From contig CAWEWF010000014.1 of assembly GCA_963812605.1 (NCBI GenBank), positions 736,001-800,000 on the forward strand: a DNA stretch of 64,000 nt, written 5' to 3'. The notes beneath the pieces are model-generated. The model saw nothing but the letters and a program-made list of their open reading frames with translations. It had not been told where the DNA came from and did not search any database. Source of the stretch: an uncultured Verrucomicrobiae bacterium. Lineage in GTDB: Bacteria; Verrucomicrobiota; Verrucomicrobiia; Palsa-1439. Below, piece after piece: positions 17,381 to 25,931 of the stretch; positions within the stretch are counted from its first letter, which is position 1; every line of letters starts with the position of its first letter. The translations under genes and the position numbers were made by a program.

Positions 17381-17477
17381 GTGAGGCAGTGAGGTCAGGG
17401 CTACTTCGAAACTGGGATGGGTGAAAACCCCACCAGTCTGGCCGCAAGGCCGTTTCCCCGGCCGGTTTACTCCTCAC
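17381..17477 (+). ncRNA. Y RNA-like gene 4 (two-hairpin module)
   Basis: Same scaffold GTGAGG-CAGTGAGGTCAGGG-CTACTTC...CCCCGGCC-GGTTTACT-CCTCAC; ends 21 nt before the TROVE start codon. Confidence 0.7.
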
Positions 17478-17498
17478 ACAACCTGAAAGGAGCACGCA

Positions 17499-18931
17499 AT
17501 GAGATTCAACCTGCTCAAGAGACGCCGCACGGGCGCCGATACCGTCAACTTCGCTGGAGGCGAGGCGTTCACGGAATCCCCAAAGCTGGAACTGGCGGCG
17601 CTAATGTTGACCGCGACACTGCAGAACGACTTTTATCGTTCCGCCAACGCCACTGCTACGCGCTTGAAGGAACTCATCGGCAAGATCGACGACAAGAAGT
17701 TTGTCGCCAAGACTGCGCTCTACGCCCGCAACAAGGCGGGGATGCGTTCGGTTTCACATCTGACTGCCGGTGAGTTGGCCCGCACCGTGAAGGGGCAGCC
17801 GTGGACTGCGAAGTTCTACGAACAAGTGGTCCGCCGCCCGGATGACGCGTTGGAAATCCTCGCGTACTACCTGGCGATGCACGGTCGGCCCATCCCAAAC
17901 GCGTTGAAGAAGGGCCTGGGCGCTGCCTTGGCGCGTTTCGACGAGTACCAGTTGGCCAAGTATCGCAAGAGCGCTGCGGAAATCTCGCTCGTGGACGCGG
18001 TAAACCTCGTTCACCCGAGACACACCGAGGCATTGAAGAAGCTGGTCAACGGCACTCTCGCGCCGGCAGAAACCTGGGAAACCAGACTGACGGAGGCGGG
18101 TGCGGCGGCGGAGTCGGAAGACGAACTCGCCGAGTTGAAGAAGGACGTGTGGACGAAGCTGATCGAGAGTCGCAAGCTCGGTTACTTCGCGCTGTTGCGC
18201 AACCTGCGCAACATTCTCCAAGCCGCGCCTGAGTCAATGGATGCGGCCATCACAATGTTGACGGATGAGAGGCTCATCCGGCGCTCGTTGGTGCTGCCAT
18301 TCCGTTATCCTCACGGCGCTCGAAGCAATGCAGGCGACTAAGCCTGCCGAATGTCAGCAAGGTACTCGTTGCTCTCAGCGAGGCGGTGGACAAGTCTCTT
18401 GTTAACGTGCCGCAGTTCGATGGCAAGACGCTGGTTGCGCTGGATGGCTCTGGTTCGATGCAGGGGCGTCCCCTGAAGATCGGCTCGCTGTTTGCCGCAA
18501 CGCTGGCGAAGGCCAACGATGCGGACGTAATGCTGTTCAGTAACGACGCGAAGTATGTCTCCCTGAACCACCGTGACAGCACGTTGACGCTGGCGCAGTG
18601 GCTGGAGAGCCAGGCCCAGTCGGCGGGAACCGACTTCCATTGCATCTTCCAGACGGCGAAGCGCGGTTATGATCGCGTGATCATCCTGTCGGATATGCAG
18701 GGTTGGATCGGTCACTACGCTCCGACCAAGACCTATGAGGCGTACAGGAGACAGTTCGGGGTTGACCCGAAGGTTTTCTCGTTCGATCTCAAGGGTTACG
18801 GCACGTTGATGTTCCCCGAACGCAGCATCTATTGTTTGGCCGGCTTCTCCGACAAGACAATGGACATGCTGAAGTTCCTCGACTCGGATAAGTCCGCATT
18901 GCTTCGAGAAATCGAGGCCGTCGAGTTGTAA
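17499..18931 (+). CDS. rsr: Ro60/Rsr TROVE-domain RNA-binding protein with C-terminal VWA; two apparent 1-nt insertions near 18309 and 18340
   Basis: VNFAGGEAF, YARNKAGMRS, FDEYQLAKY, ETWET, YFALLRNLRN, LPFRY, DGSGSM, GTDF, IILSDMQ. Confidence 0.88.
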
Positions 18932-18935
18932 CCTC

Positions 18936-18978
18936 GGGAGCTTCCTGACCACGGTTGGGAAGCTCCCTTCTCTTTCCA
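18936..18978 (+). terminator. Hairpin or possible terminator after TROVE
   Basis: GGGAGCTTCC...GGAAGCTCCC followed by TTCTCTTT. Confidence 0.55.
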
Positions 18979-19063
18979 GTAATTTGAAGCATCCGGCAAC
19001 GACAACCGAGCTGCGTCGTCTGTCATTACACAAATCAACCCGCTCGGAGAAAGGAGCCACATC

Positions 19064-19307
19064 GTGAGATTCAACATCCTGAAGAGACGCAGCACGAACG
19101 CCGATTCCGTCAACTTTGCCGGCGGGGAGGCATTTACCGAGTCGCCAAAGGTGGAACTGGCGGCGCTGATGTTGGGCGCAGGCAACCAGCTTGGTCTTGG
19201 GCAACCACCATTGACATTGGTTGCGTTTTCACTAATCCGCAATCGCGAAGTTCCTCGACTCGGACAAGACGGCGCTGCTGCGAGAAATCGAAGCGGTGGA
19301 GTTGTAA
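19064..19307 (+). pseudogene. Internally deleted second TROVE copy
   Basis: MRFNILKRRSTNADSVNFAGGEAFTESPKVELAALML matches the TROVE N-terminus; 19248-19307 encodes KFLDSDKTALLREIEAVEL*, matching its C-terminus. Confidence 0.85.
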
Positions 19308-19380
19308 ACAAACCCGGTGGAGGAGTAGCTTGAAGGCGTGCTCCTCCATCCCATTGAATGATAGGAAAGGAAACACCAAC

Positions 19381-20550
19381 ATGAAGCCAGTAATCTTCGG
19401 TCAGCATGACGAGGCGACGATCCGGCAGATCGAAACCTGCCTGGCGGCGGGCGGCGAAAAGGCCGTGCTGTGCGCGGATGGCCACAAGGGCTACGCCCAA
19501 CCAATCGGCGGCGTGGTCGCCTACAAGGACAAGGTGTCGATCTCGGGTGTCGGTTTCGACATCGCCTGCGGCAACCTTGCCATCCGCACCGACGCCATGG
19601 AAGCCGACATCCAGCCAAAGATGGACGCGATCATGGACGACGTGGTGCGCCACATCTCGTTCGGCGTCGGCCGCACGAACAAGAACAGGGTTGACCATGA
19701 ACTGTTCGACGACGAAGCGTGGAACATTCGCGCGATTGGCCAACTGAAGCACCTGGCGCAGGAGCAGCTCGGCACGGTCGGCAGCGGCAACCATTATGTG
19801 GATGTCTTTGCCGATGAGGGTGGCGTGGTCTGGGTCGGCGTGCACTTCGGTTCGCGCGGGCTCGGTCACCGGTCGGCGACGCACTTCCTGAAGGTTGCGG
19901 GTGGAAAGGACGGCATGGATGTACCACCTACCGTTCTCGATCTGCGGGTTCAGGTCGGTCAGGATTACCTCGCGGCGATGAGGCTGGGCGGTCGTTACGC
20001 CTACGCCGGCCGCGAGTACGTCGCCCGTTTCGTCGTGCGTGAGATTCTCCAGGCGAACATCGTGGAAGAAGTTCACAACCACCACAACTTCGCCTGGGAA
20101 GAAGAACACTACGGCGAAAAGTTCTGGGTCGTGCGCAAGGGCGCTACGCCGGCGTTTCCCGGTCAAAAGGGATTCGTCGGCGGCAGCATGGGCGACGACG
20201 CCGTAATCATCGAGGGCATTGACACGGCAAGATCGCGCGAGGCCTTGTTCTCGACCGTCCACGGCGCTGGACGCGTCATGTCGCGCACGGCAGCCAAGGG
20301 CAAGTTCGAGAACGTCGGCGGAAAGCGTATCCGCCAACCCGGGCGAATCCGTCATGATGAAATGATGGCCTGGCTCAAGAACAAGGGCGTCGTCCTGCGA
20401 GGTGGCGACCTTGACGAAGCGCCCCAGGCCTATCGTCGCCTGACGGATGTACTCGCGGCACAGGGTCGCACGATTCGCGTTCTCCATACGCTCCGCCCGC
20501 TGGGCGTGGCCATGGCCGGACGAAACATCGTCGATCCCTACAAGGACTGA
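19381..20550 (+). CDS. rtcB: RtcB RNA ligase
   Basis: ADGHKGY, GFDIACG, GTVGSGNHY, HFGSRGLG, HNHHNFAW, VVRKGATPA, GGSMG, STVHGAGR, DEAPQAY. Confidence 0.95.
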   Translation: MKPVIFGQHDEATIRQIETCLAAGGEKAVLCADGHKGYAQPIGGVVAYKDKVSISGVGFDIACGNLAIRTDAMEADIQPKMDAIMDDVVRHISFGVGRTNKNRVDHELFDDEAWNIRAIGQLKHLAQEQLGTVGSGNHYVDVFADEGGVVWVGVHFGSRGLGHRSATHFLKVAGGKDGMDVPPTVLDLRVQVGQDYLAAMRLGGRYAYAGREYVARFVVREILQANIVEEVHNHHNFAWEEEHYGEKFWVVRKGATPAFPGQKGFVGGSMGDDAVIIEGIDTARSREALFSTVHGAGRVMSRTAAKGKFENVGGKRIRQPGRIRHDEMMAWLKNKGVVLRGGDLDEAPQAYRRLTDVLAAQGRTIRVLHTLRPLGVAMAGRNIVDPYKD

Positions 20551-20617
20551 AGGCAAGCTGCCCGCGGTTGGAGCGATGTCAGCCACATCCTGTGCATTGT
20601 TCCAACCTCCCCTTTTC

Positions 20618-20692
20618 GCTCCCATAGCTCAACAGACAGAGCCTTCCTCTCCTAAGGGAAAGATTTGGGTGCAACTCCTGATGGGAGCACCA
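20618..20692 (+). tRNA. tRNA-Arg(CCT), array type (T loop TGCAACT)
   Basis: GCTCCCA/TGGGAGC, TTCCT-CTCCTAA-GGGAA, CCA. Confidence 0.86.
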
Positions 20693-20746
20693 TTTATTTG
20701 GCGATCACAACAAATAGCGAACACCATCGAGGAACAGAGGAATGAT

Positions 20747-21334
20747 ATGAACGACATACTAAATAAAGCGACGGTATTGGTACTGAATCGCAACTGGCAG
20801 GCCATCAACGTGCGCACGCCGGCAGAAGCGTTTTGCCAGATGGCAATCAACGCGGCAACCGGCTTGGACATCGAGGGCGAGGATCGCATGGGTCCCGTCC
20901 CGTGGGATGGGTGGCTCAAGCTGCCGATTCGGCCCCACGATAACGCCGTCGGCACACCACGCGGACGTATTCGTGTGCCCACGGTCATCGTGTGCGCGAA
21001 CTACGCGTGGGTGCCCCAGAAGCGACCGAAGCTCTCCGCGCGGAACATCCGCGAGCGCGACGGTCACCGCTGCCAATACACCGGCAAAGTATTGCGCGCG
21101 GAAGAGGGCAGCATTGACCACGTCCTTCCCCGCTCACGCGGCGGGAAGACGACATGGGAGAACTGTGTCTTCGCCAGCAAGCAGATCAATACAAAGAAAG
21201 GCAATCGACTGCCCCAGGAAGCTGGGCTGCAACTCTTGGCGCGTCCCCGAGTACCGCGGGCGCTGCCGGTGACCCTGACCATTCGCAATGCCCACGGTAT
21301 TCGAGACTGGAAGCCCTTTCTGGGTGATTCATGA
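20747..21334 (+). CDS. HNH endonuclease (McrA-like)
   Basis: VLVLNRNWQA, RDGHRCQYTG, SIDHVLPRSRGGKTTWENCV...NTKKGNRLP. Confidence 0.9.
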   Translation: MNDILNKATVLVLNRNWQAINVRTPAEAFCQMAINAATGLDIEGEDRMGPVPWDGWLKLPIRPHDNAVGTPRGRIRVPTVIVCANYAWVPQKRPKLSARNIRERDGHRCQYTGKVLRAEEGSIDHVLPRSRGGKTTWENCVFASKQINTKKGNRLPQEAGLQLLARPRVPRALPVTLTIRNAHGIRDWKPFLGDS

Positions 21335-22645
21335 CGCCGGGAATTTCTTCGGAGGCTGCTCGTGGAGTTTGCCGAGCCTGCGAATCCCGGGCCACATCCA
21401 GGCGGTCAGTGCCACCACAACAATCGTTCCGACCCCGCCACTGACTACCGAGGCCACCGGGCCGAAGAAACGGGCGACGGTGCCGGACTCGAACTCGCCC
21501 AATTCGTTGGAGGCGCTGATGAAAACGCTGTTGACCGCGGAAACACGGCCGCGCATTTCATTGGGCGTGCGCAACTGTACCAGGCTGTGCCGCACCACGA
21601 CGCTGATGTTGTCCGCTGCTCCGCACGCAGCCAACATCAGGAGCGACAACCAGAATGATGAAGAAAGGCCGAACACGATGGTCACAATACCGAACACCAA
21701 CACTGCCAGCAGTAGCGCCCGACCAGCCTGACGCAGTGGCGGCAAATGCGATAGTGTGACAGCCATGCAGATTGCTCCGACGGCCGGCGCCGCGCGCAGC
21801 CAGCCCAAACCGGTCGGCCCCACGCGCAGAATGTCCTTGGCGTAAATGGGTAACAACGCCGTAGCGCCTCCCAATAGGACCGCGAAGAGATCCAGGGTAA
21901 TGGCGGCCAGAATGAGTCCGTCATTGAGCACGTACCGGAACCCCGCCAAAACTGTTTTGAGCGAAGCAGTCTCCGTCAATTGCGTTACGGGACGGGCGGT
22001 GATCGCCGCCACGCAACAGCAATTCACCAGGGCCATGCCCGCGTCCACGAGATAGACCCCCATGGTCGCCTTTTGCAGACCAATCATAAACCCACCCAAT
22101 GCTGGTCCCAAAACGGAAGCGAGTTGATAGCTGGTGCTCCTCCAGGTAACGGCGCTGCTAAAGACATCGTTCGGCACCAACTGGGGGAGCAACGCTTGGC
22201 TGGCCGGCCAAAAGAAAGCCCGGCCCATCGCGCCGAGCAGCAGCATCGCATACATCCATCCGATGGGGCCGCGCGCATGAGAGGTAATCGCCAAACCCAG
22301 TGAGGCCATGGCCATCACCAGCACGCCAACCAGCACGATCCATCGTCGATCCAGGCGATCGGCTAACTGGCCGGACGGGAGGGCCAAAAGTATAATCGGC
22401 AGGGCCTGGACCAGGCCAACCCACGCAAGGGCCATTGCCGAACCGGTACGCTCATAGAGTTCCCAACCGACCGCGACAGACTGCATATTGCTGCCGATGC
22501 TGATTGCCAGATTCCCGAAAAGGTAAAGGCGATACTCGCGCAATCGCAAGGGCGCATAGGGATCGTGGGGTTTCTGCTTGCCCGCCACCGATGTCTCGGG
22601 TAGCGGAGTCTCAAACAATTCCTCCGGATCGGGAACTTCATCCAT
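21329..22645 (-). CDS. MFS transporter (MFS_3/EntS-like)
   Basis: About 12 hydrophobic segments, GQLADRLDRR, LDLFAVLLGG, MRGRVSAVNSVFI. Confidence 0.88.
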   Translation of the reverse strand: MDEVPDPEELFETPLPETSVAGKQKPHDPYAPLRLREYRLYLFGNLAISIGSNMQSVAVGWELYERTGSAMALAWVGLVQALPIILLALPSGQLADRLDRRWIVLVGVLVMAMASLGLAITSHARGPIGWMYAMLLLGAMGRAFFWPASQALLPQLVPNDVFSSAVTWRSTSYQLASVLGPALGGFMIGLQKATMGVYLVDAGMALVNCCCVAAITARPVTQLTETASLKTVLAGFRYVLNDGLILAAITLDLFAVLLGGATALLPIYAKDILRVGPTGLGWLRAAPAVGAICMAVTLSHLPPLRQAGRALLLAVLVFGIVTIVFGLSSSFWLSLLMLAACGAADNISVVVRHSLVQLRTPNEMRGRVSAVNSVFISASNELGEFESGTVARFFGPVASVVSGGVGTIVVVALTAWMWPGIRRLGKLHEQPPKKFPAS

Positions 22646-22766
22646 GCAACGAAGTCTTTACCATTTACTCTGGCAAGCGGCAAACTGTTGAGATGGAATC
22701 CTGGCGGTGAAGGCAACGCACGAGTAGTCGCCTTTCGGAATGCGCAATGAGGCCGACCCAGCGACT

Positions 22767-23531
22767 TCAATCCTTGAAAAACGTCACTTTGCCGGTTTCG
22801 AGGTCGTAGATGCCCCCAACCAGTCCGATCTGGCCCCGCTCGATCATATCGTTCAAAATGGGATCTTGCTCGCGAATGGCCTTGAGAGTAAGGCGCACAT
22901 GCATCTCCGCGACTTTTTCGACAAAGTCGCGATTCTTGGACGAACGCGCCTCCCCCGGCGCAGTTTGCACGGCATTGACCGCAGGCTGAATGCGGGCGAG
23001 TAGCGAAGTCAGATGCCCCAGTTGCACATCATCACATGCGCCCTTGATCGCGCCGCAATTGGTGTGACCGATGACGGCGATCAGCTTCGCTCCGGAGACC
23101 TTCGTCGCGAACTCCAGGCTGCCGAGAATGTCGTCGTTGATGATGTTCCCGGCGACGCGGGCGCTAAAAATATCGCCTAGGCCCTGATCGAACATAAATT
23201 CGGGCGCGGTACGCGAATCCAGACAGGTAACCACCGCGGCGAACGGATATTGGCCACCGCTCGTTTGTTTGATCTGGCGTTGAAGATCGCGATGGATCAT
23301 TTGGCCGGAGACGAAGCGTTCGTTGCCGGCTTCCAGCACCGCCAGCGCTTGAGCGGGTGTAATGGCGGCCTGGTTCTCGCGGGTCTGAGTGGTGACCGCA
23401 GTCGAACTACCGTTGCCATTCGGGGTCGTGCATCCAGTGAGGAACAGCGCATTCGCAAGGAATGCCAGAAGCGTGACGATTTTTGACGTTCTGCGACTAA
23501 AAGAGATAGATCGGAGTTGCGGCTTCGTCAT
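22767..23531 (-). CDS. Beta-class carbonic anhydrase, lipoprotein signal
   Basis: CLDSR and GHTNCGA zinc motifs; LTGC lipobox. Confidence 0.9.
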   Translation of the reverse strand: MTKPQLRSISFSRRTSKIVTLLAFLANALFLTGCTTPNGNGSSTAVTTQTRENQAAITPAQALAVLEAGNERFVSGQMIHRDLQRQIKQTSGGQYPFAAVVTCLDSRTAPEFMFDQGLGDIFSARVAGNIINDDILGSLEFATKVSGAKLIAVIGHTNCGAIKGACDDVQLGHLTSLLARIQPAVNAVQTAPGEARSSKNRDFVEKVAEMHVRLTLKAIREQDPILNDMIERGQIGLVGGIYDLETGKVTFFKD

Positions 23532-23669
23532 TGCGTAAATGTTCATCAGGGTCGTACCTAATGATGCGCCTAAAATGTCACAAGCGTCGCATGCCTTTCG
23601 GACATGCAACGCTTGTTGTTCAATCGCTACGACTCACACCCAAGGTGAGAATCGATTTTGAACGAATCG

Positions 23670-24362
23670 CTAGCTGCGAACCAGCTTGCGTCCACGAAGG
23701 AAAATGCCGAAACCGATTCCCATGGCTACGAGCACCCATGTGCTAGGTTCAGGAACTACAATAACTCCAGAATACGACGCCGTCTGGACGCTGGTCGCGG
23801 CGGCCAGTTGCATGAGCGTTTGCGCAGGGTTGAATTGGAAGGTCACGACATCGGATGCAGAGCCCGCTGCTGCCAGAGTACTCAAGTCGCTATTTGCGCC
23901 ACCATAAGTAATGCCGGTGAGATTGACGCTGCCCTGAAGGTCAAGGTCCCCACCCGTGCCGATGGTCGTGATATTAATCCAATGGATTGAACCCGTAAGA
24001 TCGACTGAGTTAGCGTCCGTAATGTGCAGCGTAGCCGAACCGAATACCGGCGCCATCTGCACTGGGCCGAACGGGGTATTAAAGTTTGTAATTGTCCCAA
24101 TCGTGAATAAATCGGTATTGATCAGATAGCCTTGGAGACCCACTGAAGGCCCGTTTCCACCGTCGAACTGAGTGACGTTAAACTGATAGCCGTTGGTGTT
24201 GCTCGAGAAGGTAAATGTGCCCCCGATAAAGTTCACGCTTGTCCCGGGCAAATTGGCAAAACTAAGAGATTGTGCGTTTGCTTGGAACGAAAGGGAAAGC
24301 AATGCCAAAGTAGCTACAACACAGGAACGAAAACCCGCCCACCATTTAGAACTCGCCATCAT
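23670..24362 (-). CDS. PEP-CTERM surface protein
   Basis: Signal peptide; C-terminal VPEPST, transmembrane helix and basic tail. Confidence 0.85.
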   Translation of the reverse strand: MMASSKWWAGFRSCVVATLALLSLSFQANAQSLSFANLPGTSVNFIGGTFTFSSNTNGYQFNVTQFDGGNGPSVGLQGYLINTDLFTIGTITNFNTPFGPVQMAPVFGSATLHITDANSVDLTGSIHWINITTIGTGGDLDLQGSVNLTGITYGGANSDLSTLAAAGSASDVVTFQFNPAQTLMQLAAATSVQTASYSGVIVVPEPSTWVLVAMGIGFGIFLRGRKLVRS

Positions 24363-24926
24363 AATCACCCAGCCTCGCTGATCCCTCAACGACTGTTAGG
24401 TTTCGTAAGCTACCCCCTTGGCTGCCGCAAGTCTCCATCCATTCCAACGGGGGCCCTTTTCTCGCTGTCACGAGTTGTAGGGGAAACCATGTAGGAACGC
24501 AAGCGAAAAATGCATTTTTTAAAAGATTTTTCTGGAGAAGGCCAAAAATGTGGATTTCGCCTGGCAATCCATCGCCAAGATCCGAGGTCAGGCGCGGTGA
24601 TTCTGGCAGTGTGAATTGACCCACGTACCAACGTATATAAGGGTTGCACGATGATACACATATCCAGTAGTGTGAAACTCGCTACGCGCGACCGCGATCA
24701 AAGCCGATCATCATTCTCCCACCCGCTCCCACCCGAATTCTGGGAGCTCTATCCAAAAAGATTGTGGAGATTCGCACGGAAGAAGATGGAAGTTGGTCTG
24801 ACTGCGCTCTAAATCCTTCGCTAAACCTGTTTCTCGATCCCTAGCCGAAGCGGGCAAATCTATGAGATAGATAGCAAGATCACGGATCGAGTCATCGGAG
24901 CACGCAACGGTTGCAGCCTTGTTCGC

Positions 24927-25892
24927 TTACGGATGGGCACCGACGCGGTAGAATTGTTGGGGGCCAGCACTGGAACCGCAGTTGAAATTGGTCAGCCCGC
25001 CAGTGCCCGGAACATTGCTAAAAATGCTGCTCCACGTCCCCGATACCAAGTCCGTAGTGGTTTGCACGTCATAATGAGCATTGGTGGAGGTGGTCAGACC
25101 AACCAGAACATTCGCGCCATTGAAAGAGATCCCCGAAATGTTGGGCACAGGCACGGCAACCAGTACGATGTTGTCGATCCCACCACTGCCGCCGGTACCC
25201 AGGTCGCTTGTGGCACCGATACTGATCTCCGCCTGATTGATGGGCCGGTGAAAGCCAATGGGCGCGTTGCTGGCCAGGGAGACGCCGTTAACAGTCAGGT
25301 TGAACGTAGCCGCCGGTAGATTCAGGCGGAAACTGATGGTTTGGAGGTTGCTGCGAACCAGGCTTGTCGAAAATGAGTACAATACCGTAGGCGAATTGGT
25401 GAGGCCATCCAGCGACTGCACTTGCATGATATTGGTGGAGGTCTCGGGAAAACTCAGGGCGATCAACGTCACGTTGGACCCCGGCGGGCCGGATTGTCCG
25501 AAGGCGACTGTGGCGCCGACTGTTGTATCGAGCATCAATTGCATATCCAGGGTCACGACACTCGAGGAGACATTATCCATCTGCATCGAGAAATTACCGA
25601 CGCCCTGACCGGCGTTGTTGCATACGAGCGGTTGATTGGTCAGATTGGCTGTGAAAGCGCCGACTATGAAAGAAGAAACCCCACTAGGGTTTGATCCACT
25701 CACGGCATAGGCGGAAAAGTCATTGGGTGGGCCACTCGCGTTGGTATAGGCTGTCCCTTGCGTAAATTGACTAAAGTTGATGCTATACAGGGTCTGGGCG
25801 TTGGAGTTTCCAAGACCCAGCAGTTGGATCAGAAGGCCAATAGCCACGGGAAGCCAAGATCTCTTAGTAGGCGTCTTTAGGGTCAATCCCAT
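24927..25892 (-). CDS. Secreted protein with a C-terminal TTDLVSGTW...QFYRV domain
   Basis: Signal peptide, Ser/Thr/Asn-rich body, C-terminal motif of a type common in verrucomicrobial exoproteins. Confidence 0.7.
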   Translation of the reverse strand: MGLTLKTPTKRSWLPVAIGLLIQLLGLGNSNAQTLYSINFSQFTQGTAYTNASGPPNDFSAYAVSGSNPSGVSSFIVGAFTANLTNQPLVCNNAGQGVGNFSMQMDNVSSSVVTLDMQLMLDTTVGATVAFGQSGPPGSNVTLIALSFPETSTNIMQVQSLDGLTNSPTVLYSFSTSLVRSNLQTISFRLNLPAATFNLTVNGVSLASNAPIGFHRPINQAEISIGATSDLGTGGSGGIDNIVLVAVPVPNISGISFNGANVLVGLTTSTNAHYDVQTTTDLVSGTWSSIFSNVPGTGGLTNFNCGSSAGPQQFYRVGAHP

Positions 25893-25931
25893 TACGCAAC
25901 CCTTTAACCCCCGTTGCCTCAGAGGATGCGG

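Noticed and set aside
17024-17477. CRISPR array interpretation of the four repeats
   Set aside because: The repeats are bipartite, diverged and pair end to end around structured inserts of unequal length; no cas genes are present.
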